A stretch of DNA of 64,000 nucleotides from a virus: positions 32,001 to 96,000 of the IMG/VR virus record IMGVR_UViG_3300037499_000265; one strand, written 5' to 3'. The position numbers and the translations under genes are program-made. Shown here piece by piece: positions 1-9,188 of this stretch. Below the pieces are notes generated by a model. It did no database searches. It saw only the letters and a program-made list of their open reading frames with translations, and was not told where the DNA came from. Within the stretch, counting starts at the first letter, position 1. The number at the start of each line of letters is the position of its first letter.

Positions 1-236
1 CTTGGCATATCACTCTTGATTGCCAGTCGGAGCGTGCCATGGACGTCACCGCCGTCGTTGAGATCGGATGGACTTCGCATCGGCCCGTCCGAGTCGACGA
101 GCACACTTCCTGGGTGGTCGCGACCGGACGCACCGTCACCGAAGCCTGCCTGATCGCCTGTCAGATCGCCGTGGCCGTCCGCCCGTGCGTCATGGTGACG
201 TCCTCGAGAGTCCTGGAGGTGAAGTGGACCCCTTAG
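1..236 (+). CDS. Hypothetical protein, probably 5'-truncated by the window edge
   Basis: Frame is open from base 3 to the stop at 236 and overlaps the next gene's start. Confidence 0.4.
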   Translation, partial: WHITLDCQSERAMDVTAVVEIGWTSHRPVRVDEHTSWVVATGRTVTEACLIACQIAVAVRPCVMVTSSRVLEVKWTP

Positions 237-697
237 TCATCGACGTCCGTGGCGAACGCGCTCCGCAAGGCAGCAAGGTCGCGCTCGGACGGACCAAGAA
301 GGGTAAGACGATCCTCAAAGAGTCCTCGGACAAGCTGCCGGACTGGCGCCACGACGTCAAGGCCGCCGCGGAGAAGTCGATGGCCGAGGCGGGCTGGGAA
401 CGCCCGCTGGCCGGCCCGGTCGTGGTGAGAATGGCGTTCTACTTCTACCGTCCGAAGAACCAGCACCGCACCGGCAAGTTCTCCCATCTGCTCCGCGACG
501 ACGCTCCAGTACGCCCAATCGGCTCGGTGAACGACCTCGACAAGCTCGTCAGGGCTGTCTTCGACGCTCTCACGGGCGCCGGCGTGTGGTACGACGACGG
601 TCAGGCTGTTCTTCAGGTGGCCGACAAGTGCTACACCTCGCCGGCTCGTGAGTTTCACGGCGCACTGATCACCGTGGCTCCGTACCTCGAAGACTGA
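224..697 (+). CDS. rusA: RusA-like Holliday junction resolvase
   Basis: Motifs APQGSK, F..RPK, NDLDKLVRAVFDALT and WYDDGQ; GGAGG RBS before GTG at 224. Confidence 0.85.
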   Translation: MDPLVIDVRGERAPQGSKVALGRTKKGKTILKESSDKLPDWRHDVKAAAEKSMAEAGWERPLAGPVVVRMAFYFYRPKNQHRTGKFSHLLRDDAPVRPIGSVNDLDKLVRAVFDALTGAGVWYDDGQAVLQVADKCYTSPAREFHGALITVAPYLED

Positions 698-722
698 CAA
701 CCTTGTTGGACTCTGATACTAT
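694..722 (+). promoter_or_regulatory. Sigma70/HrdB-type promoter
   Basis: CTGACA-17 nt-TACTAT with TG extension; same pattern recurs across the window. Confidence 0.6.
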
Positions 723-754
723 CGGGTTTTGACAACGACGAAGGGAGTGTCGAT

Positions 755-946
755 GTGACCACGAGCGATCCGAGCCAGGCTCACCAGTTCGCGGCCTCGA
801 TCACCATCCGTGCCAGCTATCGTGAGGTCGGAACCGGTCTCGACGAGATCGAGATCTCATGGGAAGAAGGCACGAACATGCCCAGCACCACCGGCATCTG
901 TGACGTGATCCGCGCTCTCGCCTTCGCCAAGGGCGGTTCGGCGTGA
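755..946 (+). CDS. Hypothetical protein
   Basis: AAGGGAG RBS; stop overlaps next start (GTGA). Confidence 0.6.
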   Translation: MTTSDPSQAHQFAASITIRASYREVGTGLDEIEISWEEGTNMPSTTGICDVIRALAFAKGGSA

Positions 947-1224
947 ACAACCAGATGCCTCTGGTCGGACTGACCGAGATCGCTCAGCGCGCCGGCGTGC
1001 AGAAGCCCGCGGTGGCCATGTGGCGAACTCGCCATCCGGACTTCCCGCGACCGGTCGCCGAACTGCACGCCGGAGCAGTCTGGTGGTGGCCGCAGGTGAG
1101 GTCCTGGCTGCGACGGACCGGACGGAACTGGGACGAGAGCTGGACGCCTCAGCAGGTCAACTCCTCGTCCGGATCGACAAGACGGCGAGAACGAGAGATA
1201 GGGCTGGTGGGCGTCGATGGATGA
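943..1224 (+). CDS. AlpA/excisionase-like HTH DNA-binding protein
   Basis: LVGLTEIAQRAGVQKPAVAMWRTRHPDFPRPV..W..V..W pattern. Confidence 0.75.
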   Translation: MNNQMPLVGLTEIAQRAGVQKPAVAMWRTRHPDFPRPVAELHAGAVWWWPQVRSWLRRTGRNWDESWTPQQVNSSSGSTRRREREIGLVGVDG

Positions 1225-1399
1225 GCAGCTGCCGGTTTTTCAGGTCGTGTTCCGCGATTCGTACAAGCCGAGTCTGGAGATGTGGTTGCGTGCTCACGGC
1301 ATGATGTTGGTCCAACTGCCACAAGAGGTGGTCGGCGAGGATGACCTCGTCACGTATGTCATTTACCCCATCGACGTCCCGCAGGGTAGCCATGTCTGA
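1217..1399 (+). CDS. Hypothetical protein
   Basis: Coupled ORF within the rightward operon. Confidence 0.55.
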   Translation: MDEQLPVFQVVFRDSYKPSLEMWLRAHGMMLVQLPQEVVGEDDLVTYVIYPIDVPQGSHV

Positions 1400-1658
1400 G
1401 ATCTCCGATCAGAAGCTCGCCAAGGCGATCGCTGAACTGACACTCAACCTGAGCAGATGGGTCGATGACACCAGTGCCGAGGCTGAAAAGGTGCTCCGCC
1501 AGGAGGCTCTCCGGCAAGGTATCAGCTTGTCCGAGACAGAACTGGAGATCGCCCGCGCGTCAGCGAGGACCGGCGTGGCCACGTGTCTGGACAAGCTCCA
1601 GAACGCTCTTGGAGAAGGTTTCGTCATGCAACTCAGTGAGATGGTCAACGATGACTGA
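1392..1658 (+). CDS. Hypothetical protein
   Basis: ATG at 1392 overlaps the upstream stop. Confidence 0.55.
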   Translation: MSEISDQKLAKAIAELTLNLSRWVDDTSAEAEKVLRQEALRQGISLSETELEIARASARTGVATCLDKLQNALGEGFVMQLSEMVNDD

Positions 1659-2046
1659 ACGAGCTTTCGATCCGAACTGTGTCTTCTGCCGGGTCGTGGT
1701 CGGCGACGCGCCAGCGGAGGTCTGGGCCGACGGCATCTCGAGCCTAGCCATCGTCCCGCTCAACCCAGTGGTCGACGGCCACTTCCTGGTCATCCCGAAG
1801 ACTCACGTGAAAGACGCGTACGCCGATCCTAGAGTGACCGCGACAGCGATGCATGACGCGGCGCTCTGGGCGAGAATACGGGCTGACCGGGACTCCCGGT
1901 TCGTCAGCGTCAACATCATCACCAGCGTAGGCCGACCTGCCACGCAGTCGGTGTTCCATCTACATATTCACGTAGTGCCACGCGTCGAGAACGATGGACT
2001 CGCGCTGCCGTGGACCGGACAACAAGAAGTTCAAGTCGATGACTGA
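1651..2046 (+). CDS. HIT family nucleotide hydrolase
   Basis: N-terminal CVFC, P...GHFLVIPKTH and histidine triad HLHIHV. Confidence 0.9.
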   Translation: MTERAFDPNCVFCRVVVGDAPAEVWADGISSLAIVPLNPVVDGHFLVIPKTHVKDAYADPRVTATAMHDAALWARIRADRDSRFVSVNIITSVGRPATQSVFHLHIHVVPRVENDGLALPWTGQQEVQVDD

Positions 2047-3682
2047 GCTACTTCCGCTCCGCGGCTACCAATCCGACTGCATCGCCGCAGTGCGCAGGGA
2101 CTGGGCCGACGGCTATCAACGACTGGCCGCCGTACTCTCAACCGGCAGCGGGAAGACCGTGATCTTCAGTCACCTGATCGCCGAACAGCATCAGATGAAA
2201 GGTCATCGTCGCTCGGTCGTGCTCGTACATCGTGATGAACTGGTGAACCAGGCCGTCGACAAGCTCACCCAGGTCGCGCCACATCTGTCGATCGGCGTGG
2301 TCAAAGCCGAGCGGAACGAGGTCGAGGCCGACGTCGTGGTGGCCAGCGTGCAGACGCTGAGCCGGCCGGGACGTCTCGAGCAATTGCAAGATGTCGGACT
2401 TGTTATAGTTGACGAAGTCCATCACGCTGCCGCCAAAACGTGGCAAGATGTCCTATCAGGCCTAGGCTGCTTCCAACCCGCCACCGGTGTGGCGATGCTC
2501 GGCGTGACCGCCACTCTCGCGCGCAACGACGAGAAGCGCCTGTCCGAGACGATCGAGAAGGTCTCCTACACCCGTGACATCCTCGAGCTGATCCAGGACG
2601 GCTACCTGGTGCCGGTCCGCGGGCGGCGAGTCAGCGTCGACGGACTGACGCTCGAGGACGTCCGAATCACCCGAGGTGACTTCTCCGACGATGATCTCGG
2701 TGACGAGTTGGTCGACGCCGGCGCCGGGCAGGTCATCGCCAAGGCGTATCGCGAGCATGCCTCAGAGCGGCAAGGCGTGCTGTTCGCGCCCACCGTAGCC
2801 GCGGCTCACCTGTTCGCCGAGGATCTGAACTCGGTCGGTATCACCGCGCAGGCGGTCTGGGGTGCCATGCCGTTGGAGGACCGTCGGCTCACGCTCAAGC
2901 GTTTCGCCGCCGGCGACATCCAAGTGCTCTCCAATGCCATGTTGCTCACTGAGGGCTGGGATGCGCCATACGTGTCCTGCGCGGTCATCGCCCGACCGAC
3001 CACGTCCGCCTCGCTCTACATCCAGCAGGTGGGCCGGATCCTGCGACCGCACCCCGGCAAGCACGACGCGCTCGTGCTTGACGTGGTCGGGGCGTCGACC
3101 GACCACCGGCTGGCCAACCTGTCTGACCTGTCCGAGCGCACTCGCGACGAAGACATCGAGATCATCTACGGCGAGGGCGAGTCGGAGGCCGATCTGCTCT
3201 CGCTCATCGACAAGGCGTACTCGGACCGGCGCAAGGGTGCGTCCGGCAAGCTCACTTACGACGAGGTCGACCTGTTCTCTGCGTCGCGCTCGGCCTGGTT
3301 GCAGACCTACAAAGGGATCTGGTTCGTGCCGACGGCGACATCGGTGTTCTTCCTGTTTCCAGAGCGTGACGGTGTCACCTACCGGGTCGCTCAGCGGACC
3401 CGCACCGGTGGGTACAACCGGCTGCACAAGAGCCTGACGCTCTCGTATGCGATGAGCTGGGCGGAGAAGTACGCCAACGAAGAGGACGACGACTCGTCGT
3501 ACTCGATCTCTGGTCGGCAGGCGTCCTGGCGCCGGAAGAAGGCGAAAGCGACTGCGGCCCAGCTCGAGTACGCCGAGAATCTCGGTGTCGAACTCACCGG
3601 CTCGGAACACAAGGCCGAGCTGAGCGACAAGATCTCGGTTGCGATCGCGTCGAAGTATCTCGACAGATGGATCAAGGAGTAG
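2039..3682 (+). CDS. Superfamily 2 DEAD/DEAH-box helicase
   Basis: LRGYQ, TGSGKT (Walker A), DEVHH, TAT, LTEGWD and QQVGRILR motifs. Confidence 0.95.
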   Translation: MTELLPLRGYQSDCIAAVRRDWADGYQRLAAVLSTGSGKTVIFSHLIAEQHQMKGHRRSVVLVHRDELVNQAVDKLTQVAPHLSIGVVKAERNEVEADVVVASVQTLSRPGRLEQLQDVGLVIVDEVHHAAAKTWQDVLSGLGCFQPATGVAMLGVTATLARNDEKRLSETIEKVSYTRDILELIQDGYLVPVRGRRVSVDGLTLEDVRITRGDFSDDDLGDELVDAGAGQVIAKAYREHASERQGVLFAPTVAAAHLFAEDLNSVGITAQAVWGAMPLEDRRLTLKRFAAGDIQVLSNAMLLTEGWDAPYVSCAVIARPTTSASLYIQQVGRILRPHPGKHDALVLDVVGASTDHRLANLSDLSERTRDEDIEIIYGEGESEADLLSLIDKAYSDRRKGASGKLTYDEVDLFSASRSAWLQTYKGIWFVPTATSVFFLFPERDGVTYRVAQRTRTGGYNRLHKSLTLSYAMSWAEKYANEEDDDSSYSISGRQASWRRKKAKATAAQLEYAENLGVELTGSEHKAELSDKISVAIASKYLDRWIKE

Positions 3683-3684
3683 TC

Positions 3685-3966
3685 ATGCACGAAACAACGT
3701 CGGGCCTCGAGCCTGATATCGGAGACATCGTCCACTACCGCTCGCGCGGATCGTCCGACGGGAAGTTCCCACCGGTCTGCGTGGCCGCCGCCGTGACTAA
3801 GATCTGGACGACCGTCCACCACGGAACGACACCTGACGAGACCTCACAGTTCGTCGGTCTCGCAGTGCTCAATCCGGCTGGGCTGTTCTTCCAAGACAGG
3901 AGTCCGCAGGATGAGGAGCGAACTCACGGTGGGACATGGCACTGGAAGCACGAAGGAGACGAGTGA
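3685..3966 (+). CDS. Conserved actinophage-type hypothetical protein
   Basis: AAGGAG RBS; P.IGDIVHY...AAAVT...GLAVLNP.G pattern. Confidence 0.65.
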   Translation: MHETTSGLEPDIGDIVHYRSRGSSDGKFPPVCVAAAVTKIWTTVHHGTTPDETSQFVGLAVLNPAGLFFQDRSPQDEERTHGGTWHWKHEGDE

Positions 3967-3967
3967 G

Positions 3968-4198
3968 ATGAGCGAAGACCGGATCCACAACGCCTGTCCG
4001 CTCTGCCTCGAGCCGCTCACGGCGACCTATGGCGGCCGACGCAAGACGGTGCTCGACGTGCCCGGCTCCAAGAAGATCAAGTTCTACAGATGCGAGCCGT
4101 GTGGCTGCGTGGTCGATGTCAACGACTGGGATCGGGCCGTCGGTTTCGGGACCGAGGGAACGATGAACGTCACCTGGACCCGTCGAACGACATCGTGA
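3968..4198 (+). CDS. Small Zn-finger protein
   Basis: CPLC and CEPC motifs. Confidence 0.6.
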   Translation: MSEDRIHNACPLCLEPLTATYGGRRKTVLDVPGSKKIKFYRCEPCGCVVDVNDWDRAVGFGTEGTMNVTWTRRTTS

Positions 4199-4521
4199 TT
4201 CTCGCGGTGCGTCAACACATCGTCGAGCGAACTCGGCTCTTCAGCGCACTCGATGTGTTGCCAGATTCTTGGAAAGTGGGTGCGAAGGTGGGTTACGACG
4301 ATCTGGACCTCGCCATCGCGGCCGAGGAGCATCGACAGGGTCGCGGGTTCGGCGTGCCGAAACACTGCTCTCGATGCGATACCACCATCGAGAATGCTCG
4401 TCGAGCACGCCTTTTAGCGACTTGCAAGCACTCAGACACCATGACAATCAGGACAGTAAGCGACATTTTTATAGACACGTACTGCACGACATGTGGTGTT
4501 CGGGTAGACACTTGTATCTGA
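4195..4521 (+). CDS. Hypothetical Cys-containing protein
   Basis: GTGA overlap with upstream stop; CSRC and CTTC. Confidence 0.5.
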   Translation: MILAVRQHIVERTRLFSALDVLPDSWKVGAKVGYDDLDLAIAAEEHRQGRGFGVPKHCSRCDTTIENARRARLLATCKHSDTMTIRTVSDIFIDTYCTTCGVRVDTCI

Positions 4522-4533
4522 ATCCGATACGGT
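4505..4533 (+). promoter_or_regulatory. Promoter for the exonuclease operon
   Basis: TAGACA-17 nt-TACGGT. Confidence 0.6.
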
Positions 4534-4556
4534 TAACGATCTGACATCGAAGGAGC

Positions 4557-6308
4557 ATGATGGCCAAGTCCACTACCCCTGATCCGTTCGAAGACAAGCG
4601 CACGCCGGGCGAACCGCCTCCCGAAGTGAAACGAGATCAGTGGGGCCGGTATCTGCTGCCGCATCCGGAGACCGGCAAACTGCAGGCCTGGACGCGGGCG
4701 ACCACGTTTGCCAACACGGCCGCCGACCAGTACAACATCGGTCTGTACAACGAGCGCCTGGTCGCCAAGGGCATGGCGATGCGGCCAGATCTCTACGCCG
4801 AGGCCGCCAGCGCGCACATCGACGACAAGGCAACGCTGCAGAAGATCTCCAATCTGGCCAAAGAGGCTGCTGGCGGCAGCGCCAAGGCTCGTCTCGGTAC
4901 CGCGTTGCACACCTTCACCGAGAAGACCGACCTCAACGAGAAGATCACCATCCCGGCTCCATGGGACGCCGACGTGAAGGCCTACACCGCCAAGCTGTCC
5001 GAGGAGAAGGTCGAGGTCCTGAAGGAATACATCGAGGCCACAGTCATCGTGCCGTCGCTCGGTGTGGCTGGCACGCTCGACCGACTGATCAAGATAGACG
5101 GGCTGGACGGCATCGTAGTAGGGGACCTCAAGTCGGGTCATTCGGTGCAATACGCCTGGATGGAGATCGCCTGCCAGCTCTTCCTCTACTCCCGAGCCAC
5201 CCACATCTATGACCACCGGACCGAGACGCTGTCCGAGATGCCGGAAGTCAACCAGGACAAGGCGATCGTCATCCATCTGCCAGTGGGGGATGCGGAGTGT
5301 GAACTCTACGAGATCAACCTCGAGTTAGGCGCCCGTGTGGCTGCGGCGTGCGAGGTGGTCCGCGAACTGCGCAAGCGTAAGAACTTCTCGATCCCGTGGG
5401 AAGGCTCGGTCTCCCGTGCGGTGGCTCTCAGCGGTGACGATGAGCCTGTCAGCGACGATGCCGACTGGACTGACGCAGAAGACGTCAAGGTGGCGTCCGA
5501 CCAGCAGGCGTCGCAGGACGCCAAGGCGGATGAGGACGAGTGGGGAGACGGTCCTAGCGCGGAAGCTACAATGGCCGCTCAGGCCGCCGAGGACGACGCA
5601 CAGGCCATGCAGCCCGCTGACGGGTGGGATGAGGACGAGCCGCCGTCCGCCGCGCAGGCCACCGCAGAGAAGATCGCACTGTCGGACAGCTGGGTCGCCG
5701 CCGGCATCGATCCCGAGGGCAAGCGGTTCCAACGCGCCAAGCTCGCCAAGAGCATGTACATCGCGGTCGACGTGACCACCGGCAAGCATGAGACGTTCAA
5801 GCTGCTGCGTGAGGCCAAGGACCGTGTCGCCGAGCTGGACGACACACTCGTCACTCCGGACTCCGACGTTCGTCCCATCGGTGCAGACGAACCGGCCGGC
5901 TCTGGTGATGAGTGGAACGAGCAGGAAGGCGAGGTCCGACCCGCATCGACACCTCCGTCGGCGGATGACGAGCAGGAGAAAGCAGACGAGATCGCTCTGC
6001 TCAAGGTAGAACTGGCCAAACTACGCGGCGAGGGGGGCGAGGAATCCACTCCAGTGGCGGTCAAGAAGGCTGCGGTGCCGGGAGTCAAGCCGACGAAGGA
6101 GTCGACGAAAGAGCAGGCTAAGCCCGCCAAGCGCAAGTGGATGGCCGAGGTGCTCGAGGCCGACAGCGAGGATCGACTGCTCAAGCTGTACCGCAAGGCC
6201 AAGGCCGCCGGCGAGTGGAACGACAAGCTCACCAAGGCCGCAGCGACCGTCAAGGCCAAGCTGCTGGCCGCCGAGGCAGCCGAGGTAGACGACGATGACA
6301 ACTGGTGA
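4557..6308 (+). CDS. PD-(D/E)XK (RecB/lambda-like) exonuclease with long acidic C-terminal extension
   Basis: TRATTFA, GTALH, E..V, AGTLDRL, GDLKSG and QLFLY motifs; D/E/A-rich tail. Confidence 0.85.
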   Translation: MMAKSTTPDPFEDKRTPGEPPPEVKRDQWGRYLLPHPETGKLQAWTRATTFANTAADQYNIGLYNERLVAKGMAMRPDLYAEAASAHIDDKATLQKISNLAKEAAGGSAKARLGTALHTFTEKTDLNEKITIPAPWDADVKAYTAKLSEEKVEVLKEYIEATVIVPSLGVAGTLDRLIKIDGLDGIVVGDLKSGHSVQYAWMEIACQLFLYSRATHIYDHRTETLSEMPEVNQDKAIVIHLPVGDAECELYEINLELGARVAAACEVVRELRKRKNFSIPWEGSVSRAVALSGDDEPVSDDADWTDAEDVKVASDQQASQDAKADEDEWGDGPSAEATMAAQAAEDDAQAMQPADGWDEDEPPSAAQATAEKIALSDSWVAAGIDPEGKRFQRAKLAKSMYIAVDVTTGKHETFKLLREAKDRVAELDDTLVTPDSDVRPIGADEPAGSGDEWNEQEGEVRPASTPPSADDEQEKADEIALLKVELAKLRGEGGEESTPVAVKKAAVPGVKPTKESTKEQAKPAKRKWMAEVLEADSEDRLLKLYRKAKAAGEWNDKLTKAAATVKAKLLAAEAAEVDDDDNW

Positions 6309-6555
6309 GGTTCAGATCCTCGGCATCCGTCGATTCGGCGAGGATGGCATCACACCCATAGTCATCGATGGCAAGCGGACGTGTGGCACTGTTTCAGATC
6401 ACATTCGTAACGGATGCATCGGCCTGGAGATCACCTACCCAGGCCGTGGAGGAACTGGGCTGTTTCATCTGAATTCGGCAGATGCGCTTCGACTGTCCGA
6501 CCTGCTTCGCGCAATGGCCTCGACGAATGAGGAGATCCATGGCTGCCCAGTCTGA
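6295..6555 (+). CDS. Hypothetical protein
   Basis: Fills the operon gap; start uncertain. Confidence 0.45.
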   Translation: MTTGEVQILGIRRFGEDGITPIVIDGKRTCGTVSDHIRNGCIGLEITYPGRGGTGLFHLNSADALRLSDLLRAMASTNEEIHGCPV

Positions 6556-6790
6556 GCCTGAGACCGTCCTGCCTGAGCCCGAGTACGAGGACGTTCTGAC
6601 GGTTCTTCAGCCGCCACACCAGTTCTGGGGCCATGGTCTGTTCTACATCGAGCGGAACGGTGGGGCCTCACACGACCTGCTCACAGAGGACCCTAGCAAT
6701 ATCTCTCGCCCAGAGCGGGACGTGCTCCAGGCATTGCTCACCTACGTTCTCGACCAACTGAAGAACCCGTGGGACCGCGATGACGTCTGA
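6539..6790 (+). CDS. Hypothetical protein
   Basis: GAGGAG RBS before ATG at 6539. Confidence 0.6.
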   Translation: MAAQSEPETVLPEPEYEDVLTVLQPPHQFWGHGLFYIERNGGASHDLLTEDPSNISRPERDVLQALLTYVLDQLKNPWDRDDV

Positions 6791-7013
6791 GCTGTGCATC
6801 CATGACATGAACCCGGACTGGTGCGGGGACTGCAATTCGCCGGTCGTCGAGAAGGACCCTGGCACGGTCATCGTCGCCCAGTTCGACAGCGAGTGTCACG
6901 AGTGCGGCGGAGACATCCTCGCCGGCGACCGGACGCTTGTCCGGGACGAGATGTACCTGTGTTCCGATCACATCGTCGAACCTGACGGTGATCCGGATCC
7001 GTTCGCCTGGTAG
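6780..7013 (+). CDS. Small Cys-rich (Zn-binding) protein
   Basis: C.H...DWCGDC, CHECG and C..H. Confidence 0.6.
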   Translation: MTSELCIHDMNPDWCGDCNSPVVEKDPGTVIVAQFDSECHECGGDILAGDRTLVRDEMYLCSDHIVEPDGDPDPFAW

Positions 7014-7039
7014 ACACCAGGGGAAAAGTTCGATAGTAT
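7011..7039 (+). promoter_or_regulatory. Promoter for the SSB-like gene
   Basis: TAGACA-17 nt-TAGTAT. Confidence 0.6.
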
Positions 7040-7072
7040 CAGGCCCGAAAGGGCTCAACGAAAGGGAAACAC

Positions 7073-7567
7073 ATGTCCGACGACCCATTCGAACAGCCAG
7101 AACGTCGACCGGCGTATTCGTGGAAGGGTGCCAAGGTCGGCACCGTCATGGATGCCACCGTCGTCGAGGCGCCACGTGAGGTTCAGTCCCGGGAGTTCGA
7201 ATCCGGTGAGCTGGCCTACTGGGACGACAAGAAAGAACAGCCGAAGATGTCCGTCGTGGTCGGCGTCAAGACCACCGACGGCGAGGAGTACTCGCTGTGG
7301 TGCCCCAAGCCGTCTGCCATGTTCCGGGCGATCGCCGAGGCTCAGAAGGACGCTGGCGATCGGATCGCCGAGGGTGGCCGGCTGAGGGTCAAGCTGACCG
7401 GTCGCAAGAAGGACCCGAAGCGGCCCAAGCTCAACCCGCAGAACCTGTTCAAGGCCAAGTACAACGCGCCTGACGCGTTCGCCGAGGCACCCGAGCCGGA
7501 ATCGGAACCGGAGCCGGAAGAGCCGGAAGTAGCCGATGAGGGCTTCGACGACGAGCCGCCGTTCTAG
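7073..7567 (+). CDS. Single-stranded DNA-binding protein (actinophage type)
   Basis: OB-like beta-rich core; acidic tail ending DDEPPF; lies near the recombination exonuclease. Confidence 0.7.
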   Translation: MSDDPFEQPERRPAYSWKGAKVGTVMDATVVEAPREVQSREFESGELAYWDDKKEQPKMSVVVGVKTTDGEEYSLWCPKPSAMFRAIAEAQKDAGDRIAEGGRLRVKLTGRKKDPKRPKLNPQNLFKAKYNAPDAFAEAPEPESEPEPEEPEVADEGFDDEPPF

Positions 7568-7634
7568 GGTTGGGGTTGGACGTTCTCCCTTACGGGTAAC
7601 GTCTAATCTCAAGGGGGCACCCCCCGCCCCCGAT

Positions 7635-7671
7635 GAGAGGGTCTCCCAAACTTCCCCCGGGAGGCCCTCTC
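7635..7671 (+). promoter_or_regulatory. 13-bp hairpin just upstream of the DUF397 RBS
   Basis: GAGAGGGTCTCCC / GGGAGGCCCTCTC; second hairpin at 7579-7603. Confidence 0.5.
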
Positions 7672-7693
7672 GCTCAACGAAAGGAGACCGCTT

Positions 7694-7903
7694 ATGTGGA
7701 TCAAGAGTTCGTTCTGCTCGGCCGACAAGCCTCAGTGCGTGGAGGTCAAGCTCACTGACAGCGGGGAGGCTGAGCTTCGCGACAGCAAGCTCGGCCCGCT
7801 GTTCTCTCCTGTCCTGAGCTTCACCGCAGGCGAGTGGGAAGCGTTCGTCGCCGGCGTCAAGGCTGGCGAGTTCGATCGCCGCAAGGATCTGATCGACGCC
7901 TAG
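7694..7903 (+). CDS. DUF397 domain protein
   Basis: WIKSSFC....CVEV......LRDSK....LSFTAGEWEAFVAGVKAGEF is the DUF397 signature. Confidence 0.9.
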   Translation: MWIKSSFCSADKPQCVEVKLTDSGEAELRDSKLGPLFSPVLSFTAGEWEAFVAGVKAGEFDRRKDLIDA

Positions 7904-7913
7904 GCGACGAGTG

Positions 7914-8141
7914 CTAGCGAGACGCTCGGCGGAACCTCAAGAGCAACCCTGACTTTCGAGGCTTCCGTCGGGCGTCTTTGTGCGTCTTGAGTTGATCAAG
8001 TTCTTCTACGCTGAATCGGATGACCTTGTTCCCAGACGAGCCGATCACGTCGTGTCCGATCAGACCGTCGGAGCGCCAGCGGTCCAGTGTCCGGACACTG
8101 ACGTTGAGATGCTCAGCAGCTTGTTTACGAGTCAACGACAT
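7914..8141 (-). CDS. MerR/excisionase-like HTH protein
   Basis: LTRKQAAEHLNVSVRTLDRW...G.I....RFS.EEL. Confidence 0.8.
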   Translation of the reverse strand: MSLTRKQAAEHLNVSVRTLDRWRSDGLIGHDVIGSSGNKVIRFSVEELDQLKTHKDARRKPRKSGLLLRFRRASR

Positions 8142-8200
8142 ACCTCATGATGACTCACCCTGTCCGCTCCTGTCTACTTTTTCAAGATCGTATCAGGCAC

Positions 8201-8230
8201 TTGACACAGCGATCTACGATCAGATACTGT
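8201..8230 (+). promoter_or_regulatory. Promoter in divergent intergenic region
   Basis: TTGACA-18 nt-TACTGT. Confidence 0.55.
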
Positions 8231-8262
8231 GACCCTTGACATAGACAACCGACAGTGGGAGA

Positions 8263-8928
8263 GTGATCGCCATGATCGAAAGGGAAGACGAGACCGTCAT
8301 CGACGAGGTCCCAGCTGAAGCTGAAAAGACCCAGCGGTCGAGACTGAAGGTCCTCGGCATCGTCCTCGGAGCGTTGCTGATCTTCGGCGCCGGAGCGGTC
8401 GTCGGATCCGTCGGAAACGGAGTCGACACCGTCAGTCTAGACCAGGCGAGCGACGAGATCGAGCGACTGACCAACGACAACGAGACGATATCCGCCGGGC
8501 TAGACGAGGTCATTGCCGAGCGCGACGAGGCGGTCGTCACCATCGCCGAACTGAACGAGGCGGCCGACGAGATCACCGAAGAGCAGGAACGTCGTGCTGC
8601 TGACCTAGATGCGCGCGCCACGGACCTGGACGAGCTTCAGGCCGATCTGGCGATTCGCGAAGAGGTCATCCTCGGCGAAGAGAAGAAGGTCATCGACAAC
8701 ACGATCGCCGGCGACGGCATCTGGATCGTCGGTGAAGATATCGATCCCGGCACATACCGAGCAAAGGGTTCGAGTGACAGTTGCTACTGGGCTCGACTGT
8801 CCGGCCTGAGTGGCGAGCTCGACGACATCATCGCCAACCACCTCGGCTCAGCGAACACGACAGCTGAGATCGGCGCATCAGACGAGGCATTCGAGACCAC
8901 CCGATGCGGCGAATGGACCAAGCAGTGA
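8263..8928 (+). CDS. Membrane-anchored coiled-coil protein with actinobacterial surface-protein-like C-domain
   Basis: One TM helix, heptad region, then GDG.W.VG.DI.PGTY...CYWARL..IIAN. Confidence 0.7.
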   Translation: MIAMIEREDETVIDEVPAEAEKTQRSRLKVLGIVLGALLIFGAGAVVGSVGNGVDTVSLDQASDEIERLTNDNETISAGLDEVIAERDEAVVTIAELNEAADEITEEQERRAADLDARATDLDELQADLAIREEVILGEEKKVIDNTIAGDGIWIVGEDIDPGTYRAKGSSDSCYWARLSGLSGELDDIIANHLGSANTTAEIGASDEAFETTRCGEWTKQ

Positions 8929-9188
8929 GTGCCGGTCTGACCGAGGTCAGGCATACCCTCATCTACGGCGCCTTGAAGGCCGCCGACGACTACTGCCTGA
9001 CCTTCGGCATCATCGACCCGGTGCGGGCCAGGTTCGTGGCCACCGTGACCGTCGACGAGGCACTGGCGTACTGGAACGCCCGCCCGCTAGACGCGCCAGC
9101 ACACGTCGTGGCCACAGATTCGTTGAACCGGCTGACCAACACCTCGTTCGTCGGTAAGTTGCTCGACGAGCACGGATTCGCACCCTGA
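8925..9188 (+). CDS. Hypothetical protein
   Basis: GTGA overlap with upstream stop. Confidence 0.55.
   Translation: MSAGLTEVRHTLIYGALKAADDYCLTFGIIDPVRARFVATVTVDEALAYWNARPLDAPAHVVATDSLNRLTNTSFVGKLLDEHGFAP

Noticed and set aside
4557-5400. Cas4 call for the exonuclease
   Set aside because: It lacks the four-Cys Fe-S motif; it is an ordinary phage PD-(D/E)XK exonuclease
7914-8141. Excisionase as evidence of a prophage or lysogeny module
   Set aside because: No integrase, repressor or att-like duplication is visible in the window; such HTH genes are common in lytic actinophages
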